A stretch of DNA of 64,000 bases from Pirellulales bacterium (GTDB lineage: Bacteria > Planctomycetota > Planctomycetia > Pirellulales > PALSA-1355), in contig JALHMI010000014.1 in NCBI GenBank assembly GCA_022844125.1, positions 131,298 through 195,297 of the forward strand, in the 5' to 3' direction. The notes under the pieces are model-generated. The model was not told the origin of the DNA. It made no database searches and saw nothing but the letters and a program-made list of their open reading frames with translations. Both the position numbers and the translations under genes were made by a program. Each line of letters begins with the position of its first letter. Position 1 is the first letter of the stretch. Positions 16,853 to 24,952 of the stretch are shown here, in pieces.

Positions 16853-17398
16853 GTGATGGTTCAAATCAAGTCAGGCAACCCTCGCTTCCGCTCGAAGGAG
16901 GACATAGCGGAGGACATCGCGTTCATCCTGCGTGCTCCCGTGAAGTACGGGACAAAGTTCGCGGTCTTAGCCGAAGCGATGTGGGTGTGGACTGAGTCGA
17001 CCGGAAAATATGAGGGGTGTCCTTACTGGACGCCGCTGGCTATGGCCGTGTATGCCGTCAATCGGATGCGAAAGCGGGGCAAGTATCACGGACTGCGGCA
17101 CGAGCACGTTGTTCCGAAGCGAGTCGTGATGGACATGCTTGAATCGCTTGAAACACCCACGCCCGAGGCAGTGCATGCAATTTGTGAGAAGTTTCTGCAC
17201 GCGGTAGTGGTTACCGTTGAGGAGGATTCTTTCCTGAATCTCGACTACCAAAGCACGATGCCGGCTGAGTTTGAAGATCTGACGAGCGAGCATTATCACG
17301 ATCCATGGTTGCGCTACCGGCGTTGCAGTATTCAATGGATGACGGAATCCGAGGCGCGCGAACGGCTCGTGAGAGCAGCTCCGCACCTTGCGTTGTGA
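16853..17398 (+). CDS. hypothetical protein (possible His-Me/HNH-like 'HEHVVPK' motif)
   Basis: 181 codons. GTG 16853 / ATG 16856 with GAAGGA upstream. The motif GLRHEHVVPKRVV is the only hint of a nuclease. Confidence 0.55.
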   Translation: MMVQIKSGNPRFRSKEDIAEDIAFILRAPVKYGTKFAVLAEAMWVWTESTGKYEGCPYWTPLAMAVYAVNRMRKRGKYHGLRHEHVVPKRVVMDMLESLETPTPEAVHAICEKFLHAVVVTVEEDSFLNLDYQSTMPAEFEDLTSEHYHDPWLRYRRCSIQWMTESEARERLVRAAPHLAL

Positions 17399-17468
17399 TT
17401 AACTTAGCTCGCACGCTTCGGGCTATGAAGTAGTCCTAGATCGCTTGCAGTATAGCGTCGTATGACGA

Positions 17469-18020
17469 CTACTTTCGTCCGCGTCGTTTCAGCAAATTGC
17501 GAATCGAACCAGGCCGAACACCGTATTTCCTGGCCAGAGCCGATTTGTTGTTCTTCTTAGGGTCGGCATCATATAGTCGCACGATTTCGGTTTCCTTGCC
17601 TCGGAGCTTACCTCGAAACGTATCACGGCCGGTTGAGTGGGTGCCGACAAGGCGACGGTGGCTGCGATTCTCTGCCGCACTTCCTAAGATGCAGGCGCTG
17701 AGACCGATTTCGCTCGGTAAATTGCCCGGAAGGTGACAGGCCAACAGTCCGACGGTCGCATCATTGCCGTTGACTCTCGCAAACGACTGTTGCACGGCAA
17801 GAGACGCCGTGATCCATTGCCCTTTCACTTTCCAACGGGGATACCCGTTCGGACCTGGGAAGTGATTTTGCCACTTCCATTCCCGTCGGGATTTGATCCA
17901 TCGTTCAAGGCAGGCATCCTTGTTAAAAAGGGAAATGCGGTGCAGCGGATACTCGACGCCGTCGTAAAACAGAACTGCGTTTGGAAGCTTCGTCGGCGTC
18001 ATTCGAATTTCTGCGGCCAT
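17469..18020 (-). CDS. HNH-type homing-endonuclease-like protein with a C-terminal HTH
   Basis: LLACHLPGNLPSEIGLSACILGSAAENRSH resembles the CH...C..G...N..H HNH_3-type core. The C-terminal EIVRLYDADPKKNNKSALARKYGVRPGSIRNLLKRR is HTH-like. Confidence 0.55.
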   Translation of the reverse strand: MAAEIRMTPTKLPNAVLFYDGVEYPLHRISLFNKDACLERWIKSRREWKWQNHFPGPNGYPRWKVKGQWITASLAVQQSFARVNGNDATVGLLACHLPGNLPSEIGLSACILGSAAENRSHRRLVGTHSTGRDTFRGKLRGKETEIVRLYDADPKKNNKSALARKYGVRPGSIRNLLKRRGRK

Positions 18021-18119
18021 GCCTTTTCCTGACCATCATGATCAACAAGTCGTTGAGTCAATCCAGATTGTACCTGATCTCCTTGCATCAGGGACTCCTT
18101 GCGCTACTCTGGCGTGTGC

Positions 18120-18326
18120 ATGACGAAGATTGTCAATTGCAGGCGATGCGGCGATTGCTTCTATGAAGGCAGGAACCCGAACTGCATTTCTGAGATCACC
18201 TACGATGAGTCGTGCTGCCCGAACTGCAATATCTGGGCATACTACCACACCTTTGAGATGCCGAATCAGGTGATGACACACCCCGCGCAGCCGTTTGATC
18301 GTGCAATCGAATTCACCCCGACATGA
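18120..18326 (+). CDS. small Zn-ribbon protein
   Basis: MTKIVNCRRCGDCF...CCPNCN gives two CxxC pairs. First gene of an overlapping chain. Confidence 0.45.
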   Translation: MTKIVNCRRCGDCFYEGRNPNCISEITYDESCCPNCNIWAYYHTFEMPNQVMTHPAQPFDRAIEFTPT

Positions 18327-18481
18327 AGCTCCGCCGTCCGACAGTCAAAGGCCCTCTCTTCGATCGCTGGACGGACCTCGCCGTAAAGCTCGGCTACGGT
18401 CGACGCGGCGGTCGCTCGAAGCTCCTCGATCTCCTCTTGGCGTATGCGGAGAGGCATTCTGATCTATTCCGCAAACGCTGA
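18323..18481 (+). CDS. 52-aa ribbon-helix-helix-like protein (below the ORF-track length cutoff)
   Basis: My translation: MKLRRPTVKGPLFDRWTDLAVKLGYGRRGGRSKLLDLLLAYAERHSDLFRKR. ATGA overlap with the upstream gene and TGATG overlap with the downstream gene. Confidence 0.45.
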   Translation: MKLRRPTVKGPLFDRWTDLAVKLGYGRRGGRSKLLDLLLAYAERHSDLFRKR

Positions 18482-18684
18482 TGATGCTCGAAATCTCTCT
18501 TGCGATCGGCTTGGTTCTGTACGGCTTGCTCAGCCTCGCGTGGATAATCGCGATGTGGCCGGCCATGCGTGAGCAAGAGCGCAGGCGTAAAGAAGCCTAC
18601 GAAGCTTTTGTGACTGATGCGATAACCGTGTTGTGGCATGACATGAAGAAGATGGACATCCAGCCACCCGAGTCAAAGAAATGA
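18481..18684 (+). CDS. small single-pass membrane protein
   Basis: LEISLAIGLVLYGLLSLAWIIAMW hydrophobic segment followed by a charged tail. ATGA overlap with the next gene. Confidence 0.5.
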   Translation: MMLEISLAIGLVLYGLLSLAWIIAMWPAMREQERRRKEAYEAFVTDAITVLWHDMKKMDIQPPESKK

Positions 18685-18869
18685 AGATCAAGACCCACTT
18701 CGTAAACGGCGTCTGCATCTGCTCGCACCCGAAGTGCAAGCGAGAGGCGATGGACGGAGCCAGGTTCTGCGCAGGGCATGCGTTCGGGAGGCAACCAATC
18801 GCTCCGGCCCTGGATCGGTACGACGGATTGCGGAGGCACAATTGTTTTCCGGGCTACGGCGGTAAATGA
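18681..18869 (+). CDS. small Cys/His-rich protein
   Basis: 62 codons (CICSHPKCKREAMDGARFCAGH). ATGA overlap at both ends. Confidence 0.45.
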   Translation: MKIKTHFVNGVCICSHPKCKREAMDGARFCAGHAFGRQPIAPALDRYDGLRRHNCFPGYGGK

Positions 18870-19153
18870 GGTCGATCGCGAATCCTCACTGGGATCACGT
18901 CGAAGAACACGAGCCGCCGAGGCCACGGCGGGTGATCAAACGCAAGAAGCCGCACTATCGTGGTTCGAAGTCGGGCTATATGGGTGTGAGTCACGCTGCA
19001 CACAGCAAGCGGAAGCCGTGGAAAGCGTATCATCGGAAAAGCGGTCAATACATCACGATCGGCTACTTCACGACGAAGGAGGCTGCGGCGAGGGCGTACA
19101 ATCGCGAGGCTCGACGACTGTTTGGGCGGGGGACGTTTCTGAACCCTGTGTGA
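18866..19153 (+). CDS. AP2/ERF-type DNA-binding domain protein
   Basis: YRGSKSGYMGVSH...KPWKAYHRKSGQYITIGYFTTKEAAARAYNREARRLFG matches the AP2 pattern seen in phage HNH-AP2 proteins. Confidence 0.75.
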   Translation: MRSIANPHWDHVEEHEPPRPRRVIKRKKPHYRGSKSGYMGVSHAAHSKRKPWKAYHRKSGQYITIGYFTTKEAAARAYNREARRLFGRGTFLNPV

Positions 19154-20035
19154 TCGGCGGTGGCGTCAGCACTTTCGGCACGACTTCACGCTCGAGAATC
19201 CGATCTTCCGCAGTGATCAGGACGTAGTGTATGGCGCCATTGTCCCGGGCAAACTCAATTGCCTCGTCGCGCATGTTTTGCATGAGCGACCATTCCTTTT
19301 CGTCCCAATAGAACGCCTCTCGGCTTGAGACTTCACAGTGAGCGGCGGTTCCACACATGCGCTTAATCATCGACGACCCTCGGTGACTGGAATGGAAGGG
19401 GAGCAAACAAGCATAGCTCAAAGCTTCCCGATTGGCGTTCGAGCTTCGATGCCGTGTACAATCCATCTCGTAAATGCCTTCAGTCTTCTCGCGTCTCGGC
19501 AAAGCAGCTTCTGCTTTTGGTCGAGTCGTTCGTGGTCTGCCTCTGCCGGACCACATGTTCTACGACTATCGCGGCGTTCCGGCATTCTTCAAGCCGAAGG
19601 AGTCGCTCGAAGCGTTCGATCACAATCCGTGGCTCGGTGCGGCGGTCCGACAGTTCGCGCACGAACTGGCTTGGACCCGTCGCTGGTCACCTTGTATGCT
19701 TGGTAAGCAAGCCCAGTCTATTTGTTCGGATAGCCTCACTGACCCGCTCCTGTCAGTGACGTCGGGTATTTATAGTACCCGGCGGCTTGAGGCTACTCAG
19801 ACGATGCAGGCACCGCTCAGGTGCAGCGAGTCAACTAACGATCGCAGTTTGATGATTGCAGTTTCGGAGCGGCGGGGCTCGGCATTGGCCCGCAGCACAA
19901 CCGTCCTCCAGCAATCCATCAACTGATCGACGATCCATGAGCTGACGTTAAGCATGGGAACACCCAATGCGTCTGTACGCCCCAAGCCGCCAACTTTTTG
20001 TCATTCAAGTACTACTTCATTCCTGAGCAAGGAGC

Positions 20036-20614
20036 TTGCCCCTGAGACGTGACGACCATTTCCAACCTGAACCCGCATTCTACGTCGATGAAAACGGGCA
20101 GCTCGATCCACTCTCGGCATTCCTACTCACCTTCTTTCGAGGTTGGGCTCTGATCGTCGTCGTCGGTGGCCCGCTGTGGGCGATCTGGATGATCCCTGAC
20201 TACATCAAGTTCTGGGAGAGGGACCCCGCTCTTGCCGCGGGAGTTTCTCAATGTTTTCTAGCGGTAGCCGCTCCTGTCTTTCTTGGGACCGCCCGATCCT
20301 GCCGAGTTGCCAACCTACGACATTACCAAACACGGACTCGCATTTCGCAGATCGCGAGTCTGGCGATCGGAACTGCTGGCGTTCTCGCGTTGGCTGGACT
20401 AGCCGTCTGGGATCTCATGAAGCTGAATGAATTCATTGCCTTCTACCGAGAGAATCCAAGCGGAGCCGTCATGTCGCTCATCTTCATCGGGAGCAGCGTG
20501 CTTAGTGGAATTCTCCTCGGGTGGTTCATCGGCAGATCGAATGACGCAGACTTGCAACGTTTCCGGGAACAAGTTCGGAGGGAACTTGAGCTTCGGAGTC
20601 AGCGTCATGCCTGA
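20036..20614 (+). CDS. integral membrane protein (about 4 TM segments)
   Basis: Hydrophobic segments WALIVVVGGPLWAIWMI, CFLAVAAPVFLG, IASLAIGTAGVLALAGLAVW and VMSLIFIGSSVLSGILLGWFI. TTG start; no in-frame ATG nearby. Confidence 0.6.
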   Translation: MPLRRDDHFQPEPAFYVDENGQLDPLSAFLLTFFRGWALIVVVGGPLWAIWMIPDYIKFWERDPALAAGVSQCFLAVAAPVFLGTARSCRVANLRHYQTRTRISQIASLAIGTAGVLALAGLAVWDLMKLNEFIAFYRENPSGAVMSLIFIGSSVLSGILLGWFIGRSNDADLQRFREQVRRELELRSQRHA

Positions 20615-21203
20615 ACCATTCCATCTCGACAGCCTCTTCAGGCGATACCCAGACTGGCCACTCTTGCGGGAAGCCGCTCGCCAGTGGCGACGCGAGCTGG
20701 GTCGTCGTCGTGCATGCGGGGCTCCACTGAAGGGAGCCTTCTATTGGATACCACTTCCTCTCGATACCGGGCAAGTGAAATGGGAAGTCCGGGAATTCTT
20801 TGACGACTGGCTACCCAGTTCAGATCACGTTCATGTCTGGGAGCATGTTCGCGACTACCTGGAATTCTGCTGGAAGCGGGATCTGAGCTCAGTCGAATAC
20901 TGCTGCTTGCCGAGAGGCCGCGTCTGCCAGAGCCAGGTGCGTACTGCTACCGGCGGAATGCGAAATGACTTTGTGATCTATCACGGCGGAGATGGACCCG
21001 CGAGCAACGATGACTTCGGACAAGTGCGAGCGAAGTTCAATCTCGCAGCGAACTCCAGAACAGCTTGGGATGAACACGAGCAAATGCTCCCAGAAGACAT
21101 CGCGTCGCTAACCGCAGAATTGGGTATCGATGTTCGTGCCGCTTTGGCTACCAAAGGCCAGCAGAGCGACGAACCATTCACAGCGAGGTTGTTTTATGGC
21201 TAA
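20607..21203 (+). CDS. hypothetical protein
   Basis: ATG 20607 overlaps the upstream stop by 8 nt (ATGCCTGA). 198 codons. No motif recognised. Confidence 0.55.
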   Translation: MPEPFHLDSLFRRYPDWPLLREAARQWRRELGRRRACGAPLKGAFYWIPLPLDTGQVKWEVREFFDDWLPSSDHVHVWEHVRDYLEFCWKRDLSSVEYCCLPRGRVCQSQVRTATGGMRNDFVIYHGGDGPASNDDFGQVRAKFNLAANSRTAWDEHEQMLPEDIASLTAELGIDVRAALATKGQQSDEPFTARLFYG

Positions 21204-21408
21204 GTGGTATGTCCGATCCGGGCGAGTGCAAGGTGTCGTCGTTGCCGATTCTCCCATTGAGGCTTGCCAGCAGATCGTTCGTGCCGATACCTACGAATCG
21301 GAACGCCTTTCTCCGGTCACCACGGTTTCGGAAACAGGCTTCACGATCACTGAAGATACCATCGTCATGCTGACGAGCCAGCTGCTGGGAGAGCCACATG
21401 GGATATGA
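21196..21408 (+). CDS. hypothetical small protein
   Basis: ATG 21196 overlaps the upstream stop (ATGGCTAA). 70 codons. Confidence 0.5.
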   Translation: MAKWYVRSGRVQGVVVADSPIEACQQIVRADTYESERLSPVTTVSETGFTITEDTIVMLTSQLLGEPHGI

Positions 21409-21556
21409 AATATTTGGCCTACTGTATGTGCTGCGAAGCTGGCTGGGCTTCATGGAGGAATGCGAGCTAGCGGAAAAACTTGACGAGGAGCTGGCAATAG
21501 AGCGTCACCTGGAAACTTTGAATGAGGATGAACTTCGCAAACTACTCAATGACTAG
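21398..21556 (+). CDS. 52-aa hypothetical protein (below the ORF-track cutoff)
   Basis: My translation: MGYEIFGLLYVLRSWLGFMEECELAEKLDEELAIERHLETLNEDELRKLLND. Overlaps the upstream gene by 11 nt and the downstream ATG 21549 by 8 nt. Confidence 0.4.
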   Translation: MGYEIFGLLYVLRSWLGFMEECELAEKLDEELAIERHLETLNEDELRKLLND

Positions 21557-22556
21557 CCCCCCACTGCCATACGGCATCAACGATCTGTGCCCAGAACTAT
21601 GCGTCACCCCTGGCCCACCCAAGCGCATTCGCTGCTTCGTGAAGGGTTGCAGCCATATGCTCCGGCCCCCCACGAGGCGAGGCGGTGGCGATGTCTGCCC
21701 TGACCATGGAATTCGCTGCCATTCCTCAGGCACCTACTCCTATGCAGACGTACGCCGGAATCTGATTGTCGACGCCGACCTCTTCGCGACTCGTGTGGTG
21801 GGGCATCCCTTCAAGTACGAAAGCGACCGCTTCGGCTCCGAGAATTCCGAGGACGCTCTGAGCTGGAATGTGTTTCGCTCGTTGCAGAGGGAAGGTCAGC
21901 TGCACAAAGTCGCACAGCTGACCACCGGCGTAGTGAGTGCCGAGGAACCCATCCTCTATCTCTGGGGGCTGCGAACTTCGGACGACAGTTTTGAACCGTG
22001 GGATTTTCTGATCGCTGCCCGAGAGCGGTTCGAGCAGAACCTTCCGGTGAAACGGCCGCTCACGGAACCGGACATCGCTCTGCATCTACCAGGAGAATAC
22101 TTGATTCTGATCGAAGCCAAGTTCACCAGTCCGAACTCGTACTATGTCGATGGGCCTCGGCAGAACGCCGTATCGCTCACGAAGTCCGAACTGCTCGACA
22201 TCTATTGGGATCCTTGCGTCCGATCGCTCGACCGCGAGAAGGCGAGGCAGGCTGAGCGAGTCCATTACCAGCTTTGGCGGAACCTAGTTTTTGCGGAATG
22301 GATGGCCAGCCAGGATTCACGCATGACGAGTCCGTACCTAGTTAGCCTGACACGCTCTGGACATGAGCAGGGGAGTTGCTCGCAGTTTCGCGAGCTGGCA
22401 GATGCCTCCAGTGACGACCGTTTTCAACATCGCAGTTGGGAGGAAGTCACTGTCAGTTGCTGCAGTACCGCCGGCGTGCTCGATCGCCTGGCCGCATATT
22501 GCAAGGCCAAGACCGCGCATCTAAAACGAGCCTTTTATCTGGTTGGAGATGCATAG
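21549..22556 (+). CDS. Zn-ribbon plus PD-(D/E)XK-like protein, paralogue family 2 of 3
   Basis: CFVKGCSHML...VCPDHGIRCH, then SEDALSWNVFRSL and PDIALHLPGEYLILIEAKFTSPN (D...ExK). The ORF track starts at 21522; ATG 21549 fits the overlap pattern. Confidence 0.6.
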   Translation: MTSPPLPYGINDLCPELCVTPGPPKRIRCFVKGCSHMLRPPTRRGGGDVCPDHGIRCHSSGTYSYADVRRNLIVDADLFATRVVGHPFKYESDRFGSENSEDALSWNVFRSLQREGQLHKVAQLTTGVVSAEEPILYLWGLRTSDDSFEPWDFLIAARERFEQNLPVKRPLTEPDIALHLPGEYLILIEAKFTSPNSYYVDGPRQNAVSLTKSELLDIYWDPCVRSLDREKARQAERVHYQLWRNLVFAEWMASQDSRMTSPYLVSLTRSGHEQGSCSQFRELADASSDDRFQHRSWEEVTVSCCSTAGVLDRLAAYCKAKTAHLKRAFYLVGDA

Positions 22557-22596
22557 GTGATTTGTCGGTCCCCAACATTTATTGGATCAGCCCTGT

Positions 22597-23598
22597 TTAT
22601 GGCGGATCGAATAGAGTGAGCTGGGAAGTTGGGACCAGTCGGCGTTCGCCGTCATCTAGTTCGACGCGCGTATTATGGCGACCCGAACGAACTACAGTGC
22701 CGAGTAGTCCAGTTCCCCCTTCGACGCTATACCGGATGCGTACGCCAGCCCTATACGACTGTGAAGGTGTGTTCTGATCTGCATAGATTTGCTCTCGATT
22801 GAACTCGAAGCAAGCAAGGCTATCGCAAAGCACACCGGGATATAACTGAGCCCAGGCTTCCAGACGACTCCAAGTCAAGTAACCAAGCGTTCCGCAGTTC
22901 CACGCTGGGAGAGATGACTTTGAATCGTCACGCAACGGTTGTGCAAAAAACGAGTTCATGTTCTGATCAGAATCCGGAACGATGCAGAGGAACCAAGCCG
23001 AGTCAGAATCGCAATATGGTCGCAGTTCATCGACAGCGCGCAGCACGACCGGATTTGCTCCGATGCGCCATCTGGAAGACACTGCATCCGGATGACATAC
23101 TTCGCCTTGAATTTGGCGAATCAGCATCTGCTTGCGGTAGAGTTGGACGAACAGGTTAGATGACCTGCGCTGATCATCGCCCGTACGACTGATGTGTTGG
23201 GCAAACCGACTCCATTCATCTTCAATCAGCCACTGGTTCCGCTGAGCGGTCTTTACCTTCGCTTCGATGAACACTGCTTGCTTGCGTTTTCCCTGCAGGA
23301 GAATTAATGCGTCAAGATCACCAAAATCCGAAAAAGACTGTTCGAGAATGATTTGCGCGGACTCTATATCTTGCCAATCAGGTGGAGAGGGGCAATTCGG
23401 GAAGCGAGTCAGATTTAAAAACTCAAGCAAATACTTGAGCCCATCGACCTGGCGACGGATCTCGAACAGCAGGGAATTCAATATTCCCCGTTCCGAATAG
23501 CCTCGGATTGATATCGACATCGCCCGCGCGTCCTCAAAAGAGCCCGTCAGGATTCGACCGCAACAGGCTAACAAGAGCGATTGCCATAAATGGGTCAC
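22597..23598 (-). CDS. PD-(D/E)XK-like protein with a C-terminal SH3/KOW-like tail, paralogue family 3 of 3
   Basis: SERGILNSLLFEI ... DLDALILLQGKRKQAVFIEAKVKT (D...ExK). The C-terminal YRAGVRIRYSVEGGTGLLGTVVRSGRHNTRVELDDGERRLVP is beta-rich. Alternative ATG at 23520. Confidence 0.6.
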   Translation of the reverse strand: MTHLWQSLLLACCGRILTGSFEDARAMSISIRGYSERGILNSLLFEIRRQVDGLKYLLEFLNLTRFPNCPSPPDWQDIESAQIILEQSFSDFGDLDALILLQGKRKQAVFIEAKVKTAQRNQWLIEDEWSRFAQHISRTGDDQRRSSNLFVQLYRKQMLIRQIQGEVCHPDAVSSRWRIGANPVVLRAVDELRPYCDSDSAWFLCIVPDSDQNMNSFFAQPLRDDSKSSLPAWNCGTLGYLTWSRLEAWAQLYPGVLCDSLACFEFNREQIYADQNTPSQSYRAGVRIRYSVEGGTGLLGTVVRSGRHNTRVELDDGERRLVPTSQLTLFDPP

Positions 23599-23672
23599 TC
23601 ATAAGAAGACCCACTGTTGGCAGTGATAGGCCTTAGAGTTTGCAGCTGACCAAGCCTCTGGGATTGCTGCGA

Positions 23673-24047
23673 ATGGCCAACAAACGGACCGACGCCGAGC
23701 GCCGGACACGACAGATCGAACGATTCAGTCGGCTCTTGCGCGTACTGAATTGCATCAGCGGCTCAGGACGATGGGATGTCGACTCACTCGCTAGGGAGCT
23801 GGAATGTTCGCCTCGAACCGTTCATCGACTGTTACAGACCCTGTCGATGGCGGGGGTTCCGTGGTACTTCGACGATACGACGAGAGCCTACAAGATTCGC
23901 GCCGGATTCCGATTTCCGTTGCTCAGTAAAACCGACGCCGCTCGGTCCGAAGAGGTTGCCTGTTCGCTCCGAGAAGCTGAAGCGGCTCTGATAGAGGCTG
24001 AGTCTGTAGTCGCCAGACTTCATGAACTCTGCCGTCAACTTCGATAG
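23673..24047 (+). CDS. HTH-only paralogue of the WYL regulator at 8081-9106
   Basis: AERRTRQIERFSRLLRVLNCISGSGRWDVDSLARELECSPRTVHRLLQTLSMAGVPWYFDD aligns colinearly with residues ~14-75 of the WYL regulator. The protein ends after ~124 aa with no WYL domain. Confidence 0.7.
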   Translation: MANKRTDAERRTRQIERFSRLLRVLNCISGSGRWDVDSLARELECSPRTVHRLLQTLSMAGVPWYFDDTTRAYKIRAGFRFPLLSKTDAARSEEVACSLREAEAALIEAESVVARLHELCRQLR

Positions 24048-24202
24048 TCGAGACGGTCTGTTAGACCTGGCCGCCGCTACCGAATGAGTCTCGTGGGCGG
24101 GCCTGGGTTCGAGGCCGCACGCACTTGTTCGCCATGAATTGGAAGTTCCAGCTTCAGATGGGCATCAAGTGTACTTCCTCACAACAGGATGCGGACGGCC
24201 AC

Positions 24203-24925
24203 TCAAGCAGAGGGGGCTGGAGCGACTGGAGCTTCCGGGGCTGCATCAGGTGCAGGCGGGGCCGGTGGGCTTGGCGACCAATGTTCGTGGCTGTCTGGCC
24301 AGCGTTTGATGGAATGCATCAGTTTTCGTTCGCGGGGAAACTCTGGAGCCATGCTTAACCACTGACTCAGCGCGATCCTCTCGTGTTTCTCGAGTTGCAC
24401 TCCGGCAACCGCACCCTTCAAGAGCTCCTCAGCGATGGGCTCAATTGCGCATTCGGTCTCAAAGGCTACCCATTCCAACAGCCTGATTCTGTCGTGGTCG
24501 GTTAGGACTTTACCATCTGCGATCTTCTGAATTGCGTGCTTCGGCTGCTCGGCGACGACCATCACAGTGCGCTGCTTGCGTTTACGCGGCACGGCTCGAA
24601 CATAAGCGTTGAGCCAACGTTCCAATGCATCAACAGCAGGGGGGGCCGCAAACCGATGCTCAACTACTTGCTCCAGCGCATCTGCCGTCCGATCATCAAT
24701 GACGACTTGCTTTGCATATGCGGTACCGCCACGTACCCATACCGCGCCAATCCCTCCGGCAATAAACGCCAAGCCCAGGCCACAAAGCACAAGTGCTGAA
24801 TCACGGAGCAGGGTGCCGTGAGCTTGCCGCCGCCGCAGAAGCACAAGTGTCAATGCACTCGCAGCCAGTACCACAAAACCAGCGATGATGAGGAGCGGGG
24901 CCAGGGAGAAAGTTTCGGTAGACAT
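24203..24925 (-). CDS. membrane protein (2 N-terminal TM segments, Pro/Ala-rich tail)
   Basis: LAPLLIIAGFVVLAASALTLVLL and ALVLCGLGLAFIAGGIGAVWV. Starts 27 nt after the upstream gene's stop on the minus strand. Confidence 0.65.
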   Translation of the reverse strand: MSTETFSLAPLLIIAGFVVLAASALTLVLLRRRQAHGTLLRDSALVLCGLGLAFIAGGIGAVWVRGGTAYAKQVVIDDRTADALEQVVEHRFAAPPAVDALERWLNAYVRAVPRKRKQRTVMVVAEQPKHAIQKIADGKVLTDHDRIRLLEWVAFETECAIEPIAEELLKGAVAGVQLEKHERIALSQWLSMAPEFPRERKLMHSIKRWPDSHEHWSPSPPAPPAPDAAPEAPVAPAPSA

Positions 24926-24952
24926 AGTCCTGCCTCTTGACGTTGCAAAGGT

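Noticed and set aside
17501-17512. 12-nt identity (gaatcgaaccag) with the tRNA-Arg T-arm region (63531-63542), considered as a possible second att site
   Set aside because: The match does not extend on either side and lies inside the HNH gene coding sequence. It is too short to call an att repeat.
19154-20035. Competing ORFs on both strands (19068-19556 minus, 19474-19926 plus, 19480-19662 minus, 19797-19985 minus)
   Set aside because: Parts look protein-like, for example MFYDYRGVPAFFKPKESLEAFDHNPWLGAAVRQFAHELAW on plus and MIKRMCGTAAHCEVSSREAFYWDEKEW on minus. I cannot decide between the strands or define starts, and I recognised no motif. The region is left unresolved.
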